A stretch of 34,599 nucleotides of DNA from a virus (IMGVR_UViG_3300007988_000044:1-34599); one strand, 5' to 3'; counted from the first letter of the stretch, positions 17,971 through 26,878 are shown. Program-made: numbers and translations. The notes: generated by a model from the letters alone, not told the origin.

Positions 17971-18068
17971 GATATTTTAATATTTTGATATTGTGATATT
18001 TTAAAATCTGTGTAAAATTAAGTCATAGGGTAGCCACTAGGGCCGCCCATCACCAGGGAACTGAGACC
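17971..18068 (+). promoter_or_regulatory. conserved upstream module copy 5
   Basis: GATATTTT AATATTTT GATATTGT GATATTTT, TTGTGA-16-TAAAAT, GGGTAGCCACTAGGGCCGCCC-ATCACCAGGGAACTGAGACC-ATG. Confidence 0.9.
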
Positions 18069-18230
18069 ATGAAAAAATATCTCTCTGAGTTAGCCATACT
18101 GCTAAGCATCATCATCTTTCAAGCCGTAAAGGATGGCTTTAACCCACTGCTAGGGCTCGTTTTAGTGGTTATCCCTTGCGCCATCGTTTTAATAGTAAAA
18201 TTGCTTGATATTAAAAAATTAAAATATTAA
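18069..18230 (+). CDS. 53-aa two-TM small protein (not in ORF track)
   Basis: MKKYLSELAILLSIIIFQAVKDGFNPLLGLVLVVIPCAIVLIVKLLDIKKLKY. Confidence 0.7.
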   Translation: MKKYLSELAILLSIIIFQAVKDGFNPLLGLVLVVIPCAIVLIVKLLDIKKLKY

Positions 18231-18280
18231 TATGTGTTGAGGGTGGCTACTGGGCCACCCATTACCAGGAAACTGAGATC
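18205..18280 (+). promoter_or_regulatory. conserved upstream module copy 6
   Basis: TTGATA-17-TAATAT; GGGTGGCTACTGGGCCACCC-ATTACCAGGAAACTGAGATC-ATG. Confidence 0.85.
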
Positions 18281-19174
18281 ATGATTACATCACAAGATAA
18301 ATACTCAATCGTACTAAACTTAATATACTTTTCGTTTATCTTACTGCTGATTAGTTGCGGTGCTAAATCACATTTCTTTATTCCTTTCTACCTCATCACC
18401 TGCGGCATTCCATCGGCACTAATGGCCATCATGCGCCATAAGTCAGACCTAAGCCCAACCCAACCACCAAAAGCCATCACAGCGCCAATTGCGGCGCCAA
18501 TGAATAACGTTGTACAGCTACCAAAACAACTCAATATAAAAAAGCCGGTACTGTGGGACGGGAAAAATTTACGCGGCACCTGGACAGCAACACGTAAGGC
18601 CGATGGCGTAAGAGCAACAGTGATAAACGACCAAGTGTTAACGACTGGCGGCAATCCTTGGCCAATCAGTTTACAGCAGATGAAAGGCGCAAAAGATGCA
18701 GAGATCTACTTCGGCGACTGGTACACCAGCATTAAGGCCATGCGCGGCCAAGTCGAAGTAAATCCCGAAAATGTATACCCACTCGATACCCCAGATCCCC
18801 GCCTAATGATTGGCAGCCTAACCAACCCAACAGCCGAACAAATTACCGATCTACTCAATCAAGTGGTTTTGGCAGGGTGGGAAGGGCTGGTATTACGCCA
18901 GGGCGATACATGGATCAAAGTCAAAAAATCAGAAACCCATGATCTCGAAATTATCGCAATCAACTACAACAAAAATAAAACGGTTAAATCCCTTGTCACC
19001 TGCATGGGCTCCGTTGCCAGTGGCTTAACCAACGAGCAAAAAGCCGAGATCAAGCGCAACCCTAAAGCCTATATAGGCAAAATTATTGAGGTTTCAGCCC
19101 TAAGCACTACCGCCAACGGCAAACTAAGAGAACCGCGCTTAGAGCGCTTCCGCGATGACAAGGGGGCTAAGTAA
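18281..19174 (+). CDS. minimal ATP-dependent DNA ligase with hydrophobic N-terminal extension
   Basis: Motif I KADGVR, III DAEIY, IV EGLVLR, V KVKK, OB-fold ending LREPRLERFRDDK. Confidence 0.88.
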   Translation: MITSQDKYSIVLNLIYFSFILLLISCGAKSHFFIPFYLITCGIPSALMAIMRHKSDLSPTQPPKAITAPIAAPMNNVVQLPKQLNIKKPVLWDGKNLRGTWTATRKADGVRATVINDQVLTTGGNPWPISLQQMKGAKDAEIYFGDWYTSIKAMRGQVEVNPENVYPLDTPDPRLMIGSLTNPTAEQITDLLNQVVLAGWEGLVLRQGDTWIKVKKSETHDLEIIAINYNKNKTVKSLVTCMGSVASGLTNEQKAEIKRNPKAYIGKIIEVSALSTTANGKLREPRLERFRDDKGAK

Positions 19175-19776
19175 TGGCCTCATTCACTGCGGAACACATG
19201 GACACGCTAAAAGCAATAGTGAGGCACTTACCCGGCTGGCGGTTAGAAACTCGTTTAAATGAGGTCTATGACCACACAGCCGAAATCATAGGCCCGAACA
19301 AGGCCATGCTAAACATCACCCAAGAAAAGGATAAATGGAAGGTGTACGGCTCATGGCCATCAATCCGGGGCTATCACTCGTTTAATGTCCATACGCTAGA
19401 AAGGGATCATCCCTATGGTGCAATTAGGCTCGACCCGCGCCGCAACCCTAAAAGCATTGCGGCCGATATAAAGCGCCGCATCATGCCGCAATACCTGGAC
19501 GGCCTAGCCAAAGTGCAAGCGTACATTAAGCAGCGAGCCCAAAAGCAAGAAAGCTTTAATTTGGTATGCCACACAGTAAAAACCTATTTACCTGTGAAAC
19601 AAAGCAACTACCAACGCCAGCAAGGCATAACTCAATATTATTTTACTGACTGCGGGATAAATGGAGATCTGCAACTGTACGAGAGCGGCGGCGCTGGCCT
19701 AACACTGCCGGACCTCACCATTGAGCAAATTTTTTCAATCGTAAACCTACTGAAAAAGGAACAAGCAACATGCTAA
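19174..19776 (+). CDS. hypothetical protein
   Basis: 200 aa, TAATG-coupled to the ligase. Confidence 0.8.
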   Translation: MASFTAEHMDTLKAIVRHLPGWRLETRLNEVYDHTAEIIGPNKAMLNITQEKDKWKVYGSWPSIRGYHSFNVHTLERDHPYGAIRLDPRRNPKSIAADIKRRIMPQYLDGLAKVQAYIKQRAQKQESFNLVCHTVKTYLPVKQSNYQRQQGITQYYFTDCGINGDLQLYESGGAGLTLPDLTIEQIFSIVNLLKKEQATC

Positions 19777-20207
19777 AACTAGCAATCACCCCGGCGGCCA
19801 TTGAGGCTGGGATCAACTTAAATGCAATGCTGCACATAGATGATCCTGATTTTACGCACCCCACTGTAGCGGACGTTCACGCCCTAAAAGATGTGTCCGG
19901 CTGGACCCGTGGCAAAATTGCCGCTCGCTTAGGGGCTAAAGATAAAGCCGTTGATAAATGGTTAGCCGCTAGTGCTGCGAGTCACCAGCCAATCCCCTAT
20001 ACCGCCTGGGTGACTTGGTTACTCGATAGCGGCCTGTGCTACCAAGAAAATAGCCACTGCAATGATCATGAGTTAGAAAAAATCATCACCCTGGGCAATC
20101 AGTTTTTAGACGATATTTTTCCGCAACTCGGCAAAATCGCTTTACAGGATTATGCCGCCCTCAACGAGTTAGCCATGCTGCTAACCAAACATAAAGCTAA
20201 GGAATAG
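19770..20207 (+). CDS. KorC-like HTH transcriptional regulator
   Basis: P..ADVHALKDVSGWT..KIAARLG....AVDKW......IPYTAW..WL...GL resembles the KorC pattern. Confidence 0.65.
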   Translation: MLKLAITPAAIEAGINLNAMLHIDDPDFTHPTVADVHALKDVSGWTRGKIAARLGAKDKAVDKWLAASAASHQPIPYTAWVTWLLDSGLCYQENSHCNDHELEKIITLGNQFLDDIFPQLGKIALQDYAALNELAMLLTKHKAKE

Positions 20208-20209
20208 CC

Positions 20210-20506
20210 ATGAAACAACTAATAGTCGGCCAAACATACTTGGCCATAAGTGAAGCATGTGAGTTTGAAGGGTTAGAAAACGAGATCCACAAATTTGAAG
20301 AGGTAAGAAAAACAGTTGAAATCCTACCTAAGCCCGCAACAGTGTTTGAGGATGATGGCCATCGCCAGCGCGAGATCCCACTACCAAAACACTTAGCCCA
20401 GGATAACTGGTACCGAGTGAAGAACGTCAACACCAATGTCATTCACTGGCTTTGTGTGGACTATTTGAAAATAAGCCAAGTGGCTGAATCGGAGCAAGCA
20501 CAATGA
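20210..20506 (+). CDS. hypothetical protein
   Basis: SD AAGGA; operon packing. Confidence 0.7.
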   Translation: MKQLIVGQTYLAISEACEFEGLENEIHKFEEVRKTVEILPKPATVFEDDGHRQREIPLPKHLAQDNWYRVKNVNTNVIHWLCVDYLKISQVAESEQAQ

Positions 20507-20967
20507 AAAAAATATGGGTTATTCATCTACTCGCACACTTTGGGCCATTTCTTTTTACGGGTACCGAGAAACAAGCGGAGCAAATGCGGAAAGATAAGGC
20601 CAACTATGAGCGCGAGCCAGCAAGAAAACGCCTCGCAACTGAGGATGAAATCAGGCGCAATGATCCCAGTAATTGCCTAAATCATCCGGCATACGGAAAT
20701 GAGTTCAAGATTAAATATTCCGGTGAATGCGCTTACTGCGTAAAAGTCAGTAAGGCTCAACGCCGAGTGTTAGATCAAATGCTATCAATGAGGCCACAGA
20801 CACCAACAGCTAAAGAACTAGGCGCACCGATGCGAACAATGCAAGCGCTAAAAGCTGAAGGCTGGATCGAAAATATCGAGTTATTTGGAGCCGAGGAAAC
20901 CCACGGCAAGGAACTCGATTCAATACATTGGCAACTCACTCGCATTGCAACAAACCACAGGGGCTAA
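20503..20967 (+). CDS. hypothetical protein with possible C-terminal winged helix
   Basis: SKAQRRVL...TAKELGAPMRTMQALKAEGWI. Confidence 0.65.
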   Translation: MKKIWVIHLLAHFGPFLFTGTEKQAEQMRKDKANYEREPARKRLATEDEIRRNDPSNCLNHPAYGNEFKIKYSGECAYCVKVSKAQRRVLDQMLSMRPQTPTAKELGAPMRTMQALKAEGWIENIELFGAEETHGKELDSIHWQLTRIATNHRG

Positions 20968-20969
20968 TC

Positions 20970-22435
20970 ATGGCCAAACGCAAAATAGCTGAAGTTCATT
21001 TTCAAGTTGAAGGTGAATTTATCACAGAACACATGCGGTCATTAGTGCGTGAGGGCAATTGGCGCAAAGCACTTGATGATTTAAAGCACTCTTTAATAGG
21101 TATCAATAGCGATCAATGCTTTGATATTTTATCTGGCAAGTATCAACTAAAAGGGATAAATACGGTTGATTTTGTACCAGATGATAAACACTTAGATAAA
21201 GAATGGCGCGAGGCACAATATTACACTTATTTCAGAAATGTTTTTTACCATGATGGGCAATTTTATAATCCTTACGGATGCGTAAGGTACTTAAACAAAC
21301 ATGACTTAGAATTAGCCATGTTAAAGCTAGAAATTGAAGAGCTACCTATTTCAACTGGTCTCAGTGGCGCCACGGAATCAGTCACAGATTTAAACTATGC
21401 CAGGGCAGAAACCTATAGAAAATCATCTAATGATTTTGTTTTTTACTCAAATGCTTATCACAACTTTGTTATATCGAGAAAAATAGAAAACCCAGATTAC
21501 CCCATTTGGTTAACTAAAAATCAAGCCGCTGAGTTATCCATGCAACAGTTATCATCAAATCATTCGTTAGATGATGGCGAGTTAGATGGGATTGACGTAC
21601 TGCGGGAACTGGCAGCCACTAAGCGCATAAATGACAAACTTGAGTCGGCGGGTATTGCAGCGCCAGACGCATTAGATGATACATAGTAAACCTGAAAAAA
21701 TCCAAAGATTTTAGCGAAAATATCGACACGATAAAACAAGAGATAAGCAACCGCGCGGATAAGGTCGGCGGCTGGTTAACGCTTGAAAATAGTAAATCGG
21801 GTACGAAATACACTATCCCTAAAAATGCGTTTTATCGCTGGTGCCTATCAACCAGTTCAGGCTATCGCGCGATTGAATGGCAGCCTGTTTCACCTCGCGG
21901 GGTAAAAATGGGCGGTGATGATCCCAATCACACTGATTGGTGGCTGTTTACCAGGTTAAATATAGGTGATGCACATAACACTGATAATTCAGAGGTCAAA
22001 TTTTTCTTTGATATGCGCCATAAATACACCAAGTTATTGACTGGGGCTGACTTGGCTCTTTTAACCAATCAAAAAGGCCATAAAGGCTTTGAAAGCGCCT
22101 TTGTTCGCCATGTGAACACATCATCAGAGATTAATTTAATCAATAACAATGATGTGGTGATCATCCCTCAAGCATCACCAGAATTTGAGGCTGTGGCTCA
22201 CAGATGCGCTCAAAAAAATTGCATCTTAATAACACAAACAGGCGGCAAACTTTGCCATTTAGCAACCATTGGCCGCGAATTTGGATTAGCACTTTATTTA
22301 CTACCAAATGCAGCAAGTAAATACCCAATGGGTAGCAATGTTTGCATAGACCTAGTTAAAGGCACGATGAAAACCTTAGATTTACCAATTAAAGATTTAA
22401 TGCAGTTAAAGCTTACAGGTCTGTTTTATAAATAA
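20970..22435 (+). pseudogene. frameshifted ~488-aa gene with C-terminal PEP-utilising enzyme phosphohistidine domain
   Basis: First frame stops at 21686; the frame of ORF 21908..22435 is open from 21680; C-terminal ILITQTGGKLCHLATIGREFG. Confidence 0.7.
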
Positions 22436-22453
22436 TAGATAAGGATTAATAAC

Positions 22454-22666
22454 ATGAGTATTTTTGCAGAAGTAAATGAGTTCGCCAAAGATGACGGGTT
22501 TGACGTTGAACATGCTGTATTCGTAAATAGGATTGAGAAAGTAGTCACACCAGGGATAAATATCTTGCATAAAGATGGTGATGCACCACTGTTTTTATCT
22601 GTCGATGAATTGCGCCGTATGGCCGATGAGGCAGAAAAACTCACTATTGAAATGATGAATAAATAA
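22454..22666 (+). CDS. small acidic hypothetical protein
   Basis: SD AAGGA. Confidence 0.65.
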   Translation: MSIFAEVNEFAKDDGFDVEHAVFVNRIEKVVTPGINILHKDGDAPLFLSVDELRRMADEAEKLTIEMMNK

Positions 22667-22675
22667 GGATAACCC

Positions 22676-22906
22676 ATGAAAAACCTACACATAGGAACTA
22701 GCCCATTAACAGGGACGATTTACGCAGGTAATATCGTAGCAAATGGCACTCGATGGGGCGCGAATAAAAAAGATGTAACCATTGAGGCGTTAGTGGCTGT
22801 AGCGGAGCACGTACAACGCTTTAACGCCCCTGTAGTGATAAGCAAGGCTGACGGTACGCCTGAATATGAAATCACTGTAAAGGCTCTGAATAAGGCGGAC
22901 AAATGA
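22676..22906 (+). CDS. hypothetical phage protein
   Basis: SD AAGGA; SPLTGTIYAG...KKDVT. Confidence 0.7.
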   Translation: MKNLHIGTSPLTGTIYAGNIVANGTRWGANKKDVTIEALVAVAEHVQRFNAPVVISKADGTPEYEITVKALNKADK

Positions 22907-23124
22907 TGAATAAGGCACACTTTGAAACCTTAAAAACATTGCAAGAAAAAGCTAAATACCTGCTGACATTAGAGATCACAACTAAACTTGAAATAGTAGA
23001 ATTAACCCCTGTGTTAAAAGCCTATATCGGCGAAGTTGGCTTGCCGATATTTAGTGAAGGTAATGAAACTGAAGAGGATGTAATCAAAAAAGCGCGCGCC
23101 TGGTTAGAACAGAAGGCCGCTTAA
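22903..23124 (+). CDS. hypothetical protein
   Basis: Overlap-coupled to the upstream gene. Confidence 0.65.
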   Translation: MMNKAHFETLKTLQEKAKYLLTLEITTKLEIVELTPVLKAYIGEVGLPIFSEGNETEEDVIKKARAWLEQKAA

Positions 23125-23126
23125 AC

Positions 23127-23181
23127 TTGCTCAATAAAACCCTATCCGTTAACCTTGCAAAAACATTGGAGGTTAACGGAT
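23127..23181 (+). promoter_or_regulatory. promoter with RBS-sequestering inverted repeat
   Basis: TTGCTC-17-TAACCT; ATCCGTTAACCT (23144-55) pairs with AGGTTAACGGAT (23170-81). Confidence 0.65.
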
Positions 23182-23674
23182 GATCCCGCACTTACTCTTA
23201 TCATTAAGCCTAAGCATTACCCCACTACCAACAACCTGGACTTACGAACAAGGCAGTGATGAATTTACTGAGGAACAATCAGCAATAGCCATCGGCCAAA
23301 CCTCTGATAATGATTTTCTCTCTATCCGATGCCAGGATAAAAAATACTTGCGGATCACGGTCACAAACCACAACCACAATGAAGCGTTTAAGCCTAAAGC
23401 CTATGCCAAAATCGACCAAAACCAAGCCATAGAACTAACTGGCAAGGTCTGGCCCGTTGGCCTATCCATAAACCAGCAGTATGCGGATATTAAAGCCTGG
23501 GGAAGTGTAGAGGAATGGCTGCAAGTGATAGAACAAATGCAGCAAGGCAAGATAGTGAAGTTTAGACTGTTTGATGATCAATGGCTGGCCCAAGAAATGA
23601 CCTTTGATTTAACGGGTAGCCAAATGGCGATAAAAGATGTTCTCGCCGAATGTCATGACTCTAAATTGTACTGA
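23180..23674 (+). CDS. exported/periplasmic protein (moron-like)
   Basis: Hydrophobic N-terminus; W.Y....DEFT...FDLTG pattern; SD GGAGG. Confidence 0.7.
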   Translation: MIPHLLLSLSLSITPLPTTWTYEQGSDEFTEEQSAIAIGQTSDNDFLSIRCQDKKYLRITVTNHNHNEAFKPKAYAKIDQNQAIELTGKVWPVGLSINQQYADIKAWGSVEEWLQVIEQMQQGKIVKFRLFDDQWLAQEMTFDLTGSQMAIKDVLAECHDSKLY

Positions 23675-24078
23675 GGTAAATCGGACTCACGTACTTTCTT
23701 AATGGCAATTTTCAGGCTTTCATCTAAAAAATCAGTAATACCATCATCCTCGTTAATCCGGTTTGCCTCTTCGAGAAAGATGGTCTTTGCTTTAGCTGGC
23801 TCCAGCGTGTAGCGCATGCTATACAAACCAGTAATGGCAAATACCTCAATGGTTTTTTCCTGAGTAAGTAACTCCATCCTTTCTTGTGCCAATTGCATAA
23901 AGTGCTTTAGTTCACTATGGCCGATATGTTTAAAGGTAAAATTTTCATTTACGCGAACTAAATCAATAGCATGACCAACACAGTTGCGTAAACTATTCCC
24001 AATATCAGTATCAGTGCGGTATTCATTTTGCAGGGTTTCGAGTCTATCAATAACTAATTTTCTACTGATTAGATCCAT
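23653..24078 (-). CDS. hypothetical protein
   Basis: SD GAGGT; last gene of the cro-Q operon. Confidence 0.7.
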   Translation of the reverse strand: MDLISRKLVIDRLETLQNEYRTDTDIGNSLRNCVGHAIDLVRVNENFTFKHIGHSELKHFMQLAQERMELLTQEKTIEVFAITGLYSMRYTLEPAKAKTIFLEEANRINEDDGITDFLDESLKIAIKKVRESDLPQYNLES

Positions 24079-24250
24079 TACTTACCTCACTATTATTTGC
24101 ATCATTGGTAATTTCAACGCACTTGAAAATGCGACTACCGACATAAAACGAGCCCAACTTGCGGCACTCTGAAGCAATAGTATGATGAGCCTGAACCCAA
24201 CCTATCCAAATACCGATAATCAATACAATAAACAATAAAAAAATATTCAT
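24062..24250 (-). CDS. small membrane-anchored protein
   Basis: N-terminal TM; ECRKLGSFYVG..FKC. Confidence 0.65.
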   Translation of the reverse strand: MNIFLLFIVLIIGIWIGWVQAHHTIASECRKLGSFYVGSRIFKCVEITNDANNSEVSNGSNQ

Positions 24251-24453
24251 TTATTGACCTTCTCAAACAGTAACGCACCGCGCGAACCGTCATGATGCAG
24301 TGGCAACAATCTACCGCTGGCAACCGATACCACAATTTCAGTCATCACATTAGGGTTCAACAGCACCGGATTAACGATCACATAATTGCCAATCATAATG
24401 TAACTAGGGCCATCACTGGCCCCAATTTGATTAATTATGCTTAGCATATTCAT
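24247..24453 (-). CDS. hypothetical protein
   Basis: ATGA overlaps on both sides. Confidence 0.6.
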   Translation of the reverse strand: MNMLSIINQIGASDGPSYIMIGNYVIVNPVLLNPNVMTEIVVSVASGRLLPLHHDGSRGALLFEKVNK

Positions 24454-24818
24454 GCGGCTAAATCTTTCCGCTCAACCGCTTTCAAGATAGCCTGTTCTAA
24501 GCCATCAATGCCCCAATCAGGATGCCATTCAATAGACGGGATCTGAATGCTCTCACCATAGTATTTTTCAGCCCTGCCACCCTTACTGTTTTCGTGACCG
24601 GGCAGCGAAATAATCACATCGCTTGCAGCCACTAAAACTAAATCGAGTTGCATATAAACCCGATAGCTTAACCCTTTTGGCATCTTAGCCGGATTCAGCG
24701 GATTAGCACCAATAGCATCAAGCAGCCCTTCCATGCGGTTAAACGCCGGGAAATTATCCAGCGGCAAGCCAGACATAGGGCCGCTAATATAAACGTTAAG
24801 TGGCTTACGCATCATCAC
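24450..24818 (-). CDS. DUF4406-like (deoxyribosyltransferase-fold) protein
   Basis: VYISGPMSGLP..NFPAF, LNPA, YMQLDL, LPGHENSKGGRAE. Confidence 0.8.
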   Translation of the reverse strand: MMMRKPLNVYISGPMSGLPLDNFPAFNRMEGLLDAIGANPLNPAKMPKGLSYRVYMQLDLVLVAASDVIISLPGHENSKGGRAEKYYGESIQIPSIEWHPDWGIDGLEQAILKAVERKDLAA

Positions 24819-26040
24819 CGCCTTTTAGCCCTGGCGTATCTAAATTCACTGTTAATAGACGGCGAACACCTAATGTATCTGGCGTGGTCACAATGCCATT
24901 AAGCTCAAGCAGTTCTACCATTCTTGCCGCATTATCATAACTGAGTTTAAATTTTCGCTGAATGTTCGAAATACTTACCGCATTATTTGCAATGACATGC
25001 AACCTGACATTTTCATACACATCACGGTCAACGCCAGGGATAAAAAGCTGCTTATCCTCAATATGGACGATCTTATCAGCCACGGCGCTTAACCAATGAT
25101 CTGAGTCATCCCTATCAAACCCAAATGTATTAATCACTAACTGGCCGTATAACTGGCGCCACAAAGTTACATAATGCTCAAATAGTGCTTGTTCGTAGTC
25201 AGCGCGATCATCGCACTCGTTAAGAGTCTCATCATCAACTAACCAGCACAGGCTTGATAAGTCGCCATTGGCCTTAATTTTGCCGCTAACATAGCGCCAA
25301 CTAAAACCGGAGTCTGTTTTCATAAAGCCAGAAAAAGACGCCTCACTAAATTCAAAGAAACTTAACACATCACTTAAGCCTTCACTGGTTAAGTCAGCAT
25401 TTTCTAATTTTATTTTGCACTTTTCATACTGGCCACTCAACGACCCCGAAAGCTCAAGGCCGCTTCCTATAGTGCCATTTCTTACCCATGACCTTAACTG
25501 ACCACCAATCGCACTGCCAAGCTCTCTATCAGCATGAATATGTAACTCATCAGCCACTTTCTTTAATGCGGCCATGGCTAATGTTACATCGGCTTTTGAG
25601 GTACTAGAAAGCATCCCAGTGCCAAGCTTACGGTCAATCAATACATAGACAACAGAATAATGTGAAACTTCTCTGGCCAGCATATCGAGTCGAATGCTGT
25701 TACGAATCTTGGCAATTTGCTCGTCATCTAAAATGGTGCCATCTTTCTCAAGAATTTTAACGGCTTTATCAACCTGTTTTTCCCTGACTTTGGCATTAAT
25801 ATCACGAGTCTCAATAATCAGCCGTAATACCATAACATTGCAGTTATCAGCAGTGGCAATAAACTCATCAGTATCAGATGAGTGACTAGACCAACCAACT
25901 GAAAAATCTTTAGGATCACTATCTGCAATCGGCACATGGCGATCTCTTAATAGTGCCTGATTAAGATCAAGAATAGAGGGCAAATCTGAGCGTTCAAAAA
26001 CAAAAAATGAAGCGCTTTTAAACTGAGATAGATTAATCAT
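24805..26040 (-). CDS. RdgC-like protein fused to a C-terminal FtsK-gamma winged helix
   Basis: FK....F, S.GW N-terminus; SISNIQRKFKLSYDNAARMVELLELNGIV. Confidence 0.7.
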   Translation of the reverse strand: MINLSQFKSASFFVFERSDLPSILDLNQALLRDRHVPIADSDPKDFSVGWSSHSSDTDEFIATADNCNVMVLRLIIETRDINAKVREKQVDKAVKILEKDGTILDDEQIAKIRNSIRLDMLAREVSHYSVVYVLIDRKLGTGMLSSTSKADVTLAMAALKKVADELHIHADRELGSAIGGQLRSWVRNGTIGSGLELSGSLSGQYEKCKIKLENADLTSEGLSDVLSFFEFSEASFSGFMKTDSGFSWRYVSGKIKANGDLSSLCWLVDDETLNECDDRADYEQALFEHYVTLWRQLYGQLVINTFGFDRDDSDHWLSAVADKIVHIEDKQLFIPGVDRDVYENVRLHVIANNAVSISNIQRKFKLSYDNAARMVELLELNGIVTTPDTLGVRRLLTVNLDTPGLKGGDDA

Positions 26041-26569
26041 CGTAGTTATAATCCCTAAAACCGAGTGAAACACGGCTTAATGCTTCAGCATCAAGCTTAC
26101 TTACAACATCATTTAGAATGCGCCACCACGGCAACCAATCACGGCGCCAATTCGATGCAGATACACCGCTTATTTCAATGATCCGCGAAATGGTATGGGC
26201 TGGCTTTCCATGAATAATTTGATGTTTGTGGTCTTGCATCGCCAAATAACAAAGCCCTGAAAACTGCCTGACTTTGTTTCTTTTAATGAGGTGTTCACTT
26301 GAGAACTGCTGCCAAATCAACTTCACAGCATCGGCTTCAAAGTGCCAAGAGGGATTATCAGAATAGAGATAATGCAATAGGCTGGCTTGAGGATCTTGGC
26401 AAATAAGCTGATAGATATGGGTTAACTCAAACTGCCATGGCGGCAAGGGACAATGAGAACCATAAACCCCTTTAGAACCTGTATCCGAGGGCTTGCTGAT
26501 CTCTGCTACTGGCGCGAATGCTTGCTTGACAGCAAAGCGAACCTGTAAGAGCAGATCATGACTAAGCAT
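26033..26569 (-). CDS. late-gene antiterminator Q
   Basis: PLPPW, LHYLY, LAMQD, GVSASNWRRDWLPWW; directly downstream of cro. Confidence 0.8.
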   Translation of the reverse strand: MLSHDLLLQVRFAVKQAFAPVAEISKPSDTGSKGVYGSHCPLPPWQFELTHIYQLICQDPQASLLHYLYSDNPSWHFEADAVKLIWQQFSSEHLIKRNKVRQFSGLCYLAMQDHKHQIIHGKPAHTISRIIEISGVSASNWRRDWLPWWRILNDVVSKLDAEALSRVSLGFRDYNYDD

Positions 26570-26801
26570 CTATGCTGACCTGTATATCGAGCGCTTTCAG
26601 TACAGCCTCGACTTTACGTATGCCGTGATCGCGATTTTCCGATGTTTTACGCATAACAAAATGCAAAAAACCAACAGGAACCCCGGCTTTTTCAGCGATA
26701 TGATTAAAATCACCTTTGCGCTTTTCCAACTCAGTTTTTAAACGCTCAAGCAATAAGCTATGCTTAACATCATTGTTATCTATCAAAAAAATTGCCCTCA
26801 A
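26562..26801 (-). CDS. Cro-like HTH protein
   Basis: IAEKAGV HTH; divergent from the repressor, upstream of Q. Confidence 0.65.
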   Translation of the reverse strand: MRAIFLIDNNDVKHSLLLERLKTELEKRKGDFNHIAEKAGVPVGFLHFVMRKTSENRDHGIRKVEAVLKALDIQVSIDA

Positions 26802-26814
26802 GCTATTTATTGCT

Positions 26815-26878
26815 TAGAATTATAATACTATTTAGACACTTTAAAAAGTATTACTTTCCTATCGGATGGGGCTATAGT
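26815..26878. promoter_or_regulatory. switch region: two operators and a leaderless repressor promoter
   Basis: TAGAATTATAATACTA 26815-30 and AAGTATTACTTTCCTA 26846-61; -10 TATAGT 26873-78 ends 6 nt before ATG, no SD. Confidence 0.6.

Noticed and set aside
15796-18280. Repeated leaders read as a CRISPR array or integron attC sites
   Set aside because: Spacing is irregular (about 210-1010 bp) and filled with ORFs, there is no cas or intI gene, and the repeats end at start codons rather than following stops
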